A stretch of DNA of 64,000 nucleotides from Chthonomonadales bacterium (lineage in GTDB: Bacteria > Armatimonadota > Chthonomonadetes > Chthonomonadales > CAJBBX01): assembly GCA_049967475.1 (NCBI GenBank), contig JBMFSQ010000002.1:160001-224000 (forward strand), in the 5' to 3' direction. Position 1 is the first letter of the stretch. Every line of letters begins with the position of its first letter. The notes beneath the pieces were generated by a model that saw nothing but the letters and a program-made list of their open reading frames with translations, did not search any database and was not told the origin of the DNA. The position numbers and the translations under genes were made by a program. Below, piece by piece: positions 9,824 to 21,658 of the stretch.

Positions 9824-10445
9824 CCCGTGCTCATTGCGCCGGGTCCGGGTATCCGCAGGCGCTGAGCTCTGCTTGGTCCACGCCGTGCCGCTTGAAACCG
9901 CGGATAGCGTTGCGGGCAAATCGGAAGCCGCGCCTCTGTAAACCTGGGCGGTGCCATGCCGTCGGCACAGATCACGGATCCGACTTTCATCGCGTCGAGG
10001 CGGTGCCCAACTCAGCGGGCAGGCCGGAGAGCGCCCTCGACGGAAAACTGCGTACCGCCATGCAGCAGGGAGCGGCTCCCAGCCCTAATGGCCAAACGAT
10101 TCCCACCATTGTGCCCGTCAGGATCACCAGATCGCACCGGCCGCCGATGGGTTGCAGGTAGGGTATCATCACGAGGAATTCCCAGGCTGTCGCCACCCGT
10201 GGCCGCGCGAGGCGGTAGAGGGCATCCGCGAGATCTTTGCGCCGCCAATTCCTGAGCCGCCCGATATCCCGTAGCTGCCCGATCGCCCCCATGTGCTTGG
10301 ACGCGGCCGCGCAATTTGGTATTGTGAAGTAGGCTCGAGATTTATGACGCCCGATCCTGCATAAGGCAGGCATCTCGCACCGATATATAGGGAAGGATTT
10401 TGCGCCGCACGCCCAGATGCGAATGGAAGGGAAAGGAAGCCTCCA

Positions 10446-12382
<1,937 letters not shown>

Positions 12383-12451
12383 GGCTGCGGTGCAAAGAGG
12401 CCTGCCTTCCTGCGCCGCGGCCTATACCGCTTCTGGTTAGGAGGATCCACC

Positions 12452-15226
12452 GTGGGTACTTTCAGCCAACCCCTTCATGAGGCTTTCCTATGCCTTCTGC
12501 CGGTCCCCGTCGCGCTCCTTTGTGCAACCGTGCTGTGTACCGCCGTACCTGCAGCAACAGAACCATCGGGAACCCTCGTTCTCTACGTGGCTCCCAACGG
12601 CAGCGACGACTGGAGCGGAAGGCTGCGCCTGCCCAACCCACGCCGCACCGACGGGCCGCTGGCCACCCTCCAAGGCGCCCGGGATGCCATCCGGCGCATC
12701 CGCACCCGCAATGATGCTCCCCAGCATATTGTGGTGAAAGTGGAAGCGGGAACCTATTCTCTTAAGGAGCCGTTCACTCTCAATTCCCAGGATGGAGAAC
12801 CGCAGGGGAGTGTCGTCTACGAGGGCGAAGGTACGCACCCGCCGGTGTTGAGCGGCGGCCGGCGCATCACCGGCTGGAAAAAGGGAACAAATGGGGTATG
12901 GACGGCCGAGATCCCCGAAGTTCGGGCGGGAACGTGGTATTTCCAATCCCTGTGGGTCAATGGCGAGCGAAGGCCAAGAGCGCGAACGCCCAACGAAGGG
13001 TACCTTCATGCCGCTGCCCGGGCCCCCCAGGGCTTCGACCCCCGGTCTGCCTTCATCTTCCGCGATGAGGATATCAAGAACTGGCCCGATCTGGAAGACG
13101 TCAACGTGATCATGTTTCACAACTGGGAAGCTTCGCGCCACCGCATCCAAAGCGTGGATGCAACCCATCACCTGGTGCAGCTTACCGGACCCGCGCCCTG
13201 GCCGCTCCTTGAAGCCACCGACCGATACATCGTTGAGAACGCTCCCGACGCCCTCGATGCACCCGGAGAATGGTATCTGAACCGCCACACCGGAACCTTA
13301 TCCTACATACCCAAACCGGGCGAGGACATGCACAAAGCGGTAGTCGTGGCTCCAATCCTGACGCAGCTCGTGCGCATCGAGGGAAACCCCGCCCAAGGAG
13401 AGTTCGTACAGAACGTTACGCTTCGCAACCTGGCATTTGAATACTGCGACTGGGTATTGCCCCACGAAGGCTACGCGGACCCGCAGGCAGCGGTGTCCAT
13501 TCCACCCGCCGTTGAGGTCAATGGCGCGCGTTCCGTGGGGCTGGAGCTCCTCGAAGTGTCCCACGTAGGAGGATATGGCGTAGGGTTCCTGCACGCGTGC
13601 CGGGACTGCGCGCTTATCCAGACGTACATCCATGACCTGGGCGCCGGGGGAGTAAAGCTCGGTGAAACGAGCCTGCCGCAGCAGGAAGATCTGCGCACGG
13701 AAAGCTGCCGTGTGGAGAACAACTTTATTCACGATGGAGGCAACGTCTATCCCTCGGGCTGCGGCATCCTGGCGCTCCAGACCTCGTACAACACGATCCG
13801 GCACAACGAGATCTCCGACTTCTACTACACCGGCGTGTCCGTGGGATGGAGTTGGGGGTATGCACCAAGCTCAGCCCACCATAACCTCGTAGCCGACAAC
13901 CACATCCACCACATCGGCTTCGCGGTCCTGAGCGACATGGGCGGCATTTACACGTTGGGTGTGGCGCCCGGCACCATCCTGAGGCACAACAAGATCCACG
14001 ACGTCGAGAGCTTCAGCTATGGAGGATGGGGCATCTATCCCGACGAAGGCAGCACTACCCTTACCATCGAGGACAACGTAGTCTATAACTGCAAGAGTGC
14101 ATGCTTCCACCAGCATTACGGGCGGGATAACCTCATCCGCAACAATATCTGGGCCTTCGGACGCGAATTCCAACTGATGCGCACCCGCAACGAAGACCAT
14201 CGCTCCTTTACCTTTGAGCACAACATCGTCTACTACACCCAAGGAGACCTGCTGGGAAGCAACTGGCAGGGCGGGCCGGACAAGTTCTCCATGGACTACA
14301 ACGTCTACTGGAATGCCGCCGGCAAGCCGGTCACCTTCCAGGGAGCCTCGCTTGCAGCATGGCAAGCGCGCGGACTAGACCGGCACTCCGTAGTGGCCGA
14401 TCCTCTGTTCGTCAATGCCGAAGCGTACGATTTCCGCCTAAAGCCGACCTCCCCTGCCTTGGCGCTGGGGTTCAAACCCATCCGGATGAACGGCTTCGGC
14501 CTGGAGGGCCCCAAAAACTGGGTAACCCTGCCGCTCCGCGTACGCAACAGACCGTGGGTCGTGCCCAAGCCCCAGCCGCCTCAACCCATTGCAGAGGATC
14601 TTGACCAACTTCCGGTGGGCTCGGCTCCACTGGATCTGCGCATCTACGGTGAAGAGAATGGAGCTTCCATACGTGTGGCACCTCGGCCAGACGGCCTTCA
14701 AGGCCATTGTCTGAAGTTCACCGATGCCCCGGGACTGCGCAACGCCTATGATCCTCACGCGTTCTACCTGCCCGATTATTCCGAAGGGACGGCCCGCTTC
14801 GCGTTCGATTTGTGGTTTGAGCCGTCGGCCGAAATGTTTGTGGAGTGGCGCAACAATGCATCGCCCTATGCCGTAGGGCCGTCGCTCTATCTCCATCCGG
14901 ATGGGCGCCTTACTGCAAACGGCCGCGATCTGCTGGATGTTCCCCCGCGGCATTGGATCCATGTGGAAGAGACGTGCGGGCTGGGGAGCCGAGCCAGCGG
15001 CCAGTGGACGCTCAAGCTCCAACTGGAAGGCCGGCCGCCGCGCATCTTCACAGATTTGCCGTGCTCGAAAGCGTTCCGTACGCTGGACTGGCTCGGCTTC
15101 AGCAGCATGGCAACGGACACTCGGGTATTCTACGTAAACAACATCCGGCTGACACTGCTTCCTGCAGGCCCGAAAAACTCCTTTGAGGGCCGGCGCGATG
15201 GAACCCGCGAGCCGGAGAATTCGTAA
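12452..15226 (+). CDS. Secreted right-handed parallel beta-helix protein, GH141-like glycosidase with C-terminal beta-sandwich
   Basis: AGGAGG SD, signal peptide, YVAPNGSD...GPLATL, LSDMGGIYTLG, GWGIYPDEGS, repeated N-x-I-H-D beta-helix rungs. Confidence 0.75.
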   Translation: MGTFSQPLHEAFLCLLPVPVALLCATVLCTAVPAATEPSGTLVLYVAPNGSDDWSGRLRLPNPRRTDGPLATLQGARDAIRRIRTRNDAPQHIVVKVEAGTYSLKEPFTLNSQDGEPQGSVVYEGEGTHPPVLSGGRRITGWKKGTNGVWTAEIPEVRAGTWYFQSLWVNGERRPRARTPNEGYLHAAARAPQGFDPRSAFIFRDEDIKNWPDLEDVNVIMFHNWEASRHRIQSVDATHHLVQLTGPAPWPLLEATDRYIVENAPDALDAPGEWYLNRHTGTLSYIPKPGEDMHKAVVVAPILTQLVRIEGNPAQGEFVQNVTLRNLAFEYCDWVLPHEGYADPQAAVSIPPAVEVNGARSVGLELLEVSHVGGYGVGFLHACRDCALIQTYIHDLGAGGVKLGETSLPQQEDLRTESCRVENNFIHDGGNVYPSGCGILALQTSYNTIRHNEISDFYYTGVSVGWSWGYAPSSAHHNLVADNHIHHIGFAVLSDMGGIYTLGVAPGTILRHNKIHDVESFSYGGWGIYPDEGSTTLTIEDNVVYNCKSACFHQHYGRDNLIRNNIWAFGREFQLMRTRNEDHRSFTFEHNIVYYTQGDLLGSNWQGGPDKFSMDYNVYWNAAGKPVTFQGASLAAWQARGLDRHSVVADPLFVNAEAYDFRLKPTSPALALGFKPIRMNGFGLEGPKNWVTLPLRVRNRPWVVPKPQPPQPIAEDLDQLPVGSAPLDLRIYGEENGASIRVAPRPDGLQGHCLKFTDAPGLRNAYDPHAFYLPDYSEGTARFAFDLWFEPSAEMFVEWRNNASPYAVGPSLYLHPDGRLTANGRDLLDVPPRHWIHVEETCGLGSRASGQWTLKLQLEGRPPRIFTDLPCSKAFRTLDWLGFSSMATDTRVFYVNNIRLTLLPAGPKNSFEGRRDGTREPENS

Positions 15227-15244
15227 CGCAACGAGAGAACGGCA

Positions 15245-15988
15245 ATGGATGATATACGAACGGCCGTAGTGACCGGCGCAAGTAGCGGCATCGGTGCGGC
15301 ATCGGCCCGCAAACTTGCAGCGGCGGGCTTTCATGTGATCGTGGGGGCGCGCCGGCTCGATCGCCTGCAGGCATTGGCCCAAGAGATCGGCGGCGTTGCC
15401 CGGTTGTTGGATGTTACCGATCCTTCCAGCGTTGAGGCCTTCTGCAGGGAAGTGCCTCCCCAATTGGCGCTGCTGGTGAACAACGCAGGAGGAGCCCTGG
15501 GATTGCGGCCCGTCGCGGAAGCGATAGACGACGAGTGGCAGACGATGTACGCATCCAACGTCCTTGGCCTCATGCGCATGACGCGCGGGCTGTTACCCAA
15601 TTTGCGGGAAGGGCGCGGCCACATCATCAACATCACGTCGGTTGCCGGGCGGGAAGTTTACCCAGGGGGAGCGGGATACACCGCAGCCAAACATGCGGCG
15701 CGCGCTGTAACCCAAACGTTACGAATGGAGCTGAACGGCGAGCCCATTCGCGTGACCGACATTGCCCCGGGACTTGTGGAAACCGAATTCAGCCTTGTGC
15801 GCTTTTATGGCGATGAAGCTCGCGCCAAAGCCGTGTACGAGGGCATGACACCCCTTACCGCGGAAGACGTGGCGGAGTGCGTTGTGTGGGCTGCGACGCG
15901 GCCGCCGCATGTGAACATAGATGAGATCGTAATCAAGCCCCTGGCCCAGGCGACTGTCCTCCAAGTTGCACGGCACAAGGGGCTCTAA
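15245..15988 (+). CDS. NADP-dependent short-chain dehydrogenase (YdfG-like)
   Basis: TGASSGIG, ARR, NNAGGALG, YTAAK, PGLVETEFS, PPHVNI. Confidence 0.9.
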   Translation: MDDIRTAVVTGASSGIGAASARKLAAAGFHVIVGARRLDRLQALAQEIGGVARLLDVTDPSSVEAFCREVPPQLALLVNNAGGALGLRPVAEAIDDEWQTMYASNVLGLMRMTRGLLPNLREGRGHIINITSVAGREVYPGGAGYTAAKHAARAVTQTLRMELNGEPIRVTDIAPGLVETEFSLVRFYGDEARAKAVYEGMTPLTAEDVAECVVWAATRPPHVNIDEIVIKPLAQATVLQVARHKGL

Positions 15989-16042
15989 TCGAAGGCTGTG
16001 CCCCATTCCAAGCGGTGGGCCGAACAAACGCGAGGCATGATG

Positions 16043-16071
16043 TTGATGCAGCCGCCCAGATGCGGTATACT
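16043..16071 (+). promoter_or_regulatory. Putative sigma70 promoter of the ABC exporter operon
   Basis: TTGATG-N17-TATACT. Confidence 0.6.
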
Positions 16072-16080
16072 TATTGACGG

Positions 16081-16122
16081 ATGATGATACGTACCATTGC
16101 GCCTTTGTCTGCATGGCGGTAG
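16081..16122 (+). CDS. Putative 13-aa leader peptide MMIRTIAPLSAWR
   Basis: Starts about 3 nt after the predicted TSS and overlaps the 5' arm of a terminator-like hairpin. Confidence 0.35.
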   Translation: MMIRTIAPLSAWR

Positions 16123-16150
16123 ATGCATGCGGACAAGGGCTAACGTTTTT
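16101..16150 (+). terminator. Terminator/attenuator-like hairpin
   Basis: 15-bp stem GCCTTTGTCTGCATG / CATGCGGACAAGGGC (2 G-U pairs), 10-nt loop, followed by TAACGTTTTT. Confidence 0.6.
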
Positions 16151-16320
16151 AGGGGTTCCTCGATGAGGGTCCTCGGAGGCGTAATAAAGAGACGAACAAT
16201 GGAAAACTCTTGCAGCGCTGCTATGCGCCGATGGCTTGCCATCCAGGGTGAGATGGCAGAACGCAAAGTGTGCCGCGGTACGGGATGCATCTTCGCCCGC
16301 GCGTCCAGGAACCACGTGCA

Positions 16321-18081
16321 ATGACCAATCTCGTACGCCTCATTCGCGAGCTTAAGCCGTATTGGCGCGTAATGCTGCTGGTGGGAGTGCTCACACTCGC
16401 CAGCGCTGCCTGCGGCCTCCCCGGGCCTCTAATCGTTCGCTATTTTGTAGATCACCTCATCAAGCGGCAACCGCTGAACCTTCCCCTCGTCTTCGCGCTC
16501 TTGGTAGGCATTGCCACACTCAGCGGCGCCATAGGCTTTGCCCTCACTCTAGCCATCACCTACTTGGGGCAGCGCTTCAAGTACGACATGCGCCGCAAGC
16601 TCTACAGCCATATGCAGACCCTCTCCCTGGGCTTCTTCGAGAAGAACCAGACGGGCAAGCTGATGAGCAACATCACCAACGATGTGGCAGCGCTGGACTC
16701 GCTCATCAGCGGCGGCTTCGTTACCCTAATTTCGGACACGGCGACGCTGGCCGCCGTGATCTTCATTGTGTTCAGCATGAACTGGCGCCTGGCCCTTGCA
16801 GCGCTGGCTGTGTATCCCCTATACATCCTCAACTACCTGCTCCACATCGGAAAGATCAAACGCACCGCCGATGAAGTGCGTGAGGAGCGCGACATCATGC
16901 TGGGGGATCTGCAGGAAAAGCTCGCCGGCACCCTTGTGGTGAAATCCTACGCCAAGGAGCGTTTCGAGGTGCGGCAGTTCGTGGGGCAGAACCGAAACTT
17001 GCTGGACCTCAACGTACGCCAGAATATCCTGGGCACGCGCCTGTGGACCATCGCCGAGTTCATCGGCAGCGGCTGCGGCACCGCCATCATTCTGTGGTAT
17101 GGGGGGCGGCAGGTCCTGTTGGGGCATCTTACGCCTGGAAGCCTCGTGGCGTTCGTAAGCTATATCACAAGCTACCTCTACGGCCCTACTCTGCGCCTCA
17201 TTCAGATCAACGACCAGATTGCCCGCGCCAATGCTGCCCTCAACCGCATCTTCGCCACCCTGGACACCCGCCCCAACATCCAGGATAAACCCGGCGCGAT
17301 CGAGCTGCCCCCCATCAAGGGAGAGGTTCGCTATAACGACGTGTGGTTCGAGTACGAACCAGGCCAGCCCGTAATTAAGGGAGTGAACCTCCACGTGAAA
17401 CCCGGCCAAATGGTTGCCCTCGTGGGGCATTCAGGCTCCGGAAAGACCACCATGATCAACCTGCTTTCCCGTCACTACGACGTTACAGCCGGATCCATCA
17501 CCGTGGATGGGCATGACCTGCGTGACGTGACGCTTCGATCCTTGCGCAGACAGGTGGGCGTGGTGATCCAGGAAACCATCCTGTTTAACACCACCATCCG
17601 AGAGAATATCCGATACGGCCGGTTGGAGGCCACCGATGCCGAAGTGGAAGAGGCGGCTCGCGCAGCAAACATCGCCCACGTAATCGAGGCTCTTCCCCGG
17701 GGATACGACACGCGCATCGGCGAGGAGGGCATCAAGTTATCCGGCGGCGAGAAGCAGCGCATCGCCATCGCCAGAGCCATCCTCTCGGATCCGCGCATCC
17801 TGATCCTGGACGAAGCCACCTCTGCTCTGGATTCCGAGACCGAGGCCATGATCCAGGAAGCCCTGGAGCGCCTGATGAAGGGGCGCACCAGTTTCGTAAT
17901 CGCCCACCGCCTTTCCACCATCGTCAAGGCCGATCTCATCGTGGTGATGGAGAAGGGCGTGATTATGGAGATGGGCAGCCACCAGGAACTGCTGTCGCAG
18001 GGAGGCATCTATGCCGGCCTTTATCAACAGCAGTTCAAGGCTGCGTTGGAAGCTTTGGAGGCTGAGCAGACGGCAGCATGA
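16321..18081 (+). CDS. ABC exporter TMD-NBD half transporter (consensus NBD)
   Basis: TM domain then [30 protein letters not shown]. Start trimmed to MTNLV. Confidence 0.93.
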   Translation: MTNLVRLIRELKPYWRVMLLVGVLTLASAACGLPGPLIVRYFVDHLIKRQPLNLPLVFALLVGIATLSGAIGFALTLAITYLGQRFKYDMRRKLYSHMQTLSLGFFEKNQTGKLMSNITNDVAALDSLISGGFVTLISDTATLAAVIFIVFSMNWRLALAALAVYPLYILNYLLHIGKIKRTADEVREERDIMLGDLQEKLAGTLVVKSYAKERFEVRQFVGQNRNLLDLNVRQNILGTRLWTIAEFIGSGCGTAIILWYGGRQVLLGHLTPGSLVAFVSYITSYLYGPTLRLIQINDQIARANAALNRIFATLDTRPNIQDKPGAIELPPIKGEVRYNDVWFEYEPGQPVIKGVNLHVKPGQMVALVGHSGSGKTTMINLLSRHYDVTAGSITVDGHDLRDVTLRSLRRQVGVVIQETILFNTTIRENIRYGRLEATDAEVEEAARAANIAHVIEALPRGYDTRIGEEGIKLSGGEKQRIAIARAILSDPRILILDEATSALDSETEAMIQEALERLMKGRTSFVIAHRLSTIVKADLIVVMEKGVIMEMGSHQELLSQGGIYAGLYQQQFKAALEALEAEQTAA

Positions 18082-19832
18082 GTAATTTCGTCAGGCTTCT
18101 GGGGTACCTCAAGCCCTACCGCTTCCGGGTGGCGGGAGCTGTGATCCTGATGATCTTGGTCACACTCTCAACGCTGCCCATGCCGCGCATCACGCAGTTC
18201 CTCATAGACAGCGTATTACCCCACAAACGCTGGCATATGCTCAATCTCATCTTCTGGATGGTGATCGGCCTCTATGCCGTGCGCGGCTTGATTTCCTTCA
18301 GCCTCAACGCAGTCATTAGCTGGCTGGGACAGCGCATCGTCTTTGACCTGCGCTACCAGTCCTACAAGCATCTCAACCGCCTCTCCCTCAGTTATTACGA
18401 CAAGCGGCAGACCGGCAAGATCATGGCGCGGGTTGTGGATGACATCAACGTCATCCAGTACATGATCACCGGCGGCTTCGTGCAGCTCATCACGGATATT
18501 CTGACCCTCCTCGTTGTGATCCCTGTGATTTACTCCATGGAATGGCGCCTCGCCACCATTGCCGTGGCGGTGGTTCCCTTCTACGTGGCTGGGTACAAGC
18601 TCCTTTTGGGCAAGATCCGCGCACTGAGCGTGCAGCTTCGGGAAAAGTGGGATGCAATGCTGGGCGCCCTGCAGGAAAAGATTGCCGGCATTACCGTTGT
18701 CAAAGCCTTCGTGCGCGAAGACTACGAAACGGAGCATTTCATGCAGACGGTAGCCGACAATTTCAAGCTCGGGATGCAGCAGGCCAAGCTCAATCGAACT
18801 TTGGGGCTCGTGGCGACCGTTATCCGCGCTGCCGGCACCGGCCTCATCTATTGGGTAGGCGCCCGCCTGGTGTTTCAATACGACATCAAGCCCGGTGAAT
18901 TAGTGGCCTTTACCGCATACATCGGCTACCTTTACGACCCTGCGGTGCGCCTGGTGGATTTTAACGTGCAGGCTCAATGGGCCGGCGCGGCCATAGACCG
19001 CGTGTTCGAAACGCTGGACACCCGCCCCGAAATCGTGGATGCTCCCGACGCCGTTGTCCTGAAGGAGATCCGCGGTGCTGTGGAATTCCGCAACGTGAGC
19101 TTCGGCTACGAGCCCGGCCAGCCGGTGCTCCATGGCATCAACCTGAAAGTGGAACCAGGCGAAGTCATCGCCATTGTGGGCCCTTCGGGTGCGGGCAAAA
19201 CCACCCTCGTGAACCTTATTGCCCGCTTCTACGACGTTACCGAGGGAGCCGTGCTCATTGATGGTCATGACATCCGCAAGATCCGCCTGGAGACTGTGCG
19301 CCGCCAAATCGGATACGTAAGCCAGGAGTCGCTCCTCTTCTCCGTCTCCATCCGCGAGAATATCGCCTACGGCCGCAAGGATGCCACCGAAGAACAGATC
19401 ATCCAGGCAGCACGGAATGCCGATCTGCACGACTTCATCATGTCCCTCCCCGATGGGTACGACACCAAGATCGGGGAGGACGGCATCAAACTCTCCGTGG
19501 GGCAGAAGCAGCGCTTGGCGATCGCCCGAGCTACTCTCACAGATCCCCGCATCCTCATCCTCGACGATGCCACCTCTGCCCTGGACTCGAAGACCGAAGC
19601 CAACGTGCAGGAAGCCCTGGAGAAGCTCATGAAGGGGCGCACCAACTTCGTCATCGCCCATCGCCTCTCCACCATCATGAATGCCGACCGCATCGTGGTG
19701 ATGGACCATGGCCGCATCGTGGACGTAGGCACACACGCCGAGCTCGTAGCCCGGCCCGGCGTATACAAGAACCTTTACGATGAGCAGTTCAAGAGCGCCC
19801 AGGAAGAAGCCCTCATGGCGCTGCTCGCGTAG
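18078..19832 (+). CDS. ABC exporter TMD-NBD half transporter (degenerate NBD)
   Basis: GPSGAGKT, LSVGQKQR, ILDDATS (catalytic E to D). ATGA overlap with the partner gene. Confidence 0.93.
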   Translation: MSNFVRLLGYLKPYRFRVAGAVILMILVTLSTLPMPRITQFLIDSVLPHKRWHMLNLIFWMVIGLYAVRGLISFSLNAVISWLGQRIVFDLRYQSYKHLNRLSLSYYDKRQTGKIMARVVDDINVIQYMITGGFVQLITDILTLLVVIPVIYSMEWRLATIAVAVVPFYVAGYKLLLGKIRALSVQLREKWDAMLGALQEKIAGITVVKAFVREDYETEHFMQTVADNFKLGMQQAKLNRTLGLVATVIRAAGTGLIYWVGARLVFQYDIKPGELVAFTAYIGYLYDPAVRLVDFNVQAQWAGAAIDRVFETLDTRPEIVDAPDAVVLKEIRGAVEFRNVSFGYEPGQPVLHGINLKVEPGEVIAIVGPSGAGKTTLVNLIARFYDVTEGAVLIDGHDIRKIRLETVRRQIGYVSQESLLFSVSIRENIAYGRKDATEEQIIQAARNADLHDFIMSLPDGYDTKIGEDGIKLSVGQKQRLAIARATLTDPRILILDDATSALDSKTEANVQEALEKLMKGRTNFVIAHRLSTIMNADRIVVMDHGRIVDVGTHAELVARPGVYKNLYDEQFKSAQEEALMALLA

Positions 19833-19852
19833 CCTTGTTCAGGCAACACGCA

Positions 19853-20311
19853 TCAGTCCACGGCCGTGTGCACCGCCTTGCCGCCCATAGAGGACGACCC
19901 GTACGGCCTGTCGCGCAGATCCATCTTGGATGCCCAGTTCTCCTCCTGCTCGATCATAACCTGGGCCCAGATGCGGCGGGACAAAGGATCAGGCGGCAGA
20001 ACCACGGGATGGGGGGCGAGGTTGGCTCGGGCGATGCCGAGGGTGAACACTGCGAGATACCCAACAATCGCGAAGTTCGCGGCACGCCGCACGAAGGCAG
20101 GACGCCGCCGCCATGCCCATTCCAGGAAGGCAAGCGGCAGCAGAAGAAGCGCCAACTTCACCGCAACCAGTGTATGCAGTCCGCGCCGCAGGGCGGCCTC
20201 CATCAAGGGGTTTGCCTCCCAGGCGTTGAAGGTGTTGATGAGCCAAAGGGTAAAACACAGGTCGGCCAGTCCAATTCCGGCCAGGACCAGTGTCTGACGG
20301 TGCAGCCTCAT
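19853..20311 (-). CDS. DUF5658-like small membrane protein
   Basis: D-x-x-x-T...WEANPLM...VKL pattern with 3 TM helices. AGGAGG SD before ATG 20311. Confidence 0.7.
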   Translation of the reverse strand: MRLHRQTLVLAGIGLADLCFTLWLINTFNAWEANPLMEAALRRGLHTLVAVKLALLLLPLAFLEWAWRRRPAFVRRAANFAIVGYLAVFTLGIARANLAPHPVVLPPDPLSRRIWAQVMIEQEENWASKMDLRDRPYGSSSMGGKAVHTAVD

Positions 20312-20438
20312 GGTCGGAACCTCCTCTGTTCCCTGGCCAGCGGCGATCCGCAAGCCTGCCGCTGTTCGAACGGCGACGGATTCCGTCGCCTCTCAAACAG
20401 ATAGACCGGGCGCTGCAGCGCGCGGTGACACCAGGAGC

Positions 20439-21467
20439 TTAGAGGAGGCTCCCCTGCTGCGGGGGTTGTGTCTGCGGGAAAGGGAGGCCAAGGTGCTGAG
20501 CCGCGGCCCGGGTAGCCTTGCGGCCGCGAGGCGTGCGGTCCAGAAAGCCCAGTTGCAACAGGTAGGGTTCATATACATCAACGATGGTATCGGTCTCTTC
20601 ACCCAACGAGGCTGCGAGTGTCTCGATGCCTGCGGGCCCGCCGCCGTACTTCTCGAGGAGCAGACCCAGGTAGCGATGATCGAATTCATCCAGACCCAGG
20701 TCGTCAATCCCCAAGAGATGCATAGCCTCGAGCACTACCTGGGCATCCACGACACCGTTGCGGCGCACCAGAGCGTAATCTCGGCATCTGCGCAGCAGGC
20801 GATTGGCGATGCGCGGGGTACCTCGAGACCGCTTGGCCAGCTCGACAGCGCCTTCCTGTGTCACGCCGACGTTGAGGATCTCTGCAGATCGCAGGATGAT
20901 GGTGCGCAGGTCATCCAGTTCATAGAGATGAAACGTATGGTGCATGCCGAAGCGGTCGCGCAGGGGAGCAGTAAGGAGGCCGGGCCGCGTGGTTGCGCCG
21001 ATGACGGTGAACCGCGGGAGTGGAAGGCGCATCGTGCGAGCGCTCGGCCCCTTGCCGATCACCAGGTCCAGCGTGAAGTCCTCCATAGCAGGATAGAGGA
21101 TCTCAGCCACTACAGGGTTCAGGCGATGGATCTCATCAATGAACAGCACGCTGCCGGCATCGAGGTTCGTAAGCACTGCCGCCAAATCTCCGGCCCGTTC
21201 CATGGCAGGCCCGGAAGTGATGCGGATAGGCGCCTCCATCTCGTTGGCGCATACCAAGCTCAATGTGGTCTTGCCCAGACCCGGCGGACCATAGAACAAA
21301 ATATGATCCAGAGGCTCTCCGCGCTTGCGCGCCGCTTCGATGGCGATGCGCAGGTTCTCCTTGAGGCGCTCTTGGCCGATGAACTCATTCAACCGCTTCG
21401 GGCGGAGCGAGAGTTCGGCTGCGTCTTCTTCCGTACGAGCAGGGCTCACCACGCGTTCTGGGATCAT
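20439..21467 (-). CDS. ruvB: Holliday junction branch migration DNA helicase RuvB
   Basis: [54 protein letters not shown]...RTPRGR. Confidence 0.97.
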   Translation of the reverse strand: MIPERVVSPARTEEDAAELSLRPKRLNEFIGQERLKENLRIAIEAARKRGEPLDHILFYGPPGLGKTTLSLVCANEMEAPIRITSGPAMERAGDLAAVLTNLDAGSVLFIDEIHRLNPVVAEILYPAMEDFTLDLVIGKGPSARTMRLPLPRFTVIGATTRPGLLTAPLRDRFGMHHTFHLYELDDLRTIILRSAEILNVGVTQEGAVELAKRSRGTPRIANRLLRRCRDYALVRRNGVVDAQVVLEAMHLLGIDDLGLDEFDHRYLGLLLEKYGGGPAGIETLAASLGEETDTIVDVYEPYLLQLGFLDRTPRGRKATRAAAQHLGLPFPQTQPPQQGSLL

Positions 21468-21518
21468 GGCAGGTTGGAATGGATCATTGCCGGGCGGCTC
21501 GCACCGTCCTTCTGAGCC

Positions 21519-21548
21519 ACAGTACCAGACAGCCGTATGCCTTGTCAA
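21519..21548 (-). promoter_or_regulatory. Sigma70 promoter of ruvB
   Basis: Minus strand TTGACA-N18-TACTGT with extended -10 TGn. Confidence 0.55.
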
Positions 21549-21658
21549 GCAGGCGCCCATAGAGGTATCAAGCAATTCATGCATACAATACAACGCGTGT
21601 CTCATATCCCTCGGCAGGTAGGCGCGGAGCCCATCTCCAGCGCAGCCGTGGTACATCC

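Noticed and set aside
10211..10218. RfaH ops-like GGCGGTAG upstream of gmd (also at 16115)
   Set aside because: Lacks the nnTG tail and JUMPstart context; a GC-rich 8-mer is expected by chance.
16151..16200. Guanidine-I (ykkC) riboswitch suggested by TAGGGGTTCC
   Set aside because: The downstream CTGGTCCGAG and AAAAGCCCGGGAG elements are absent.
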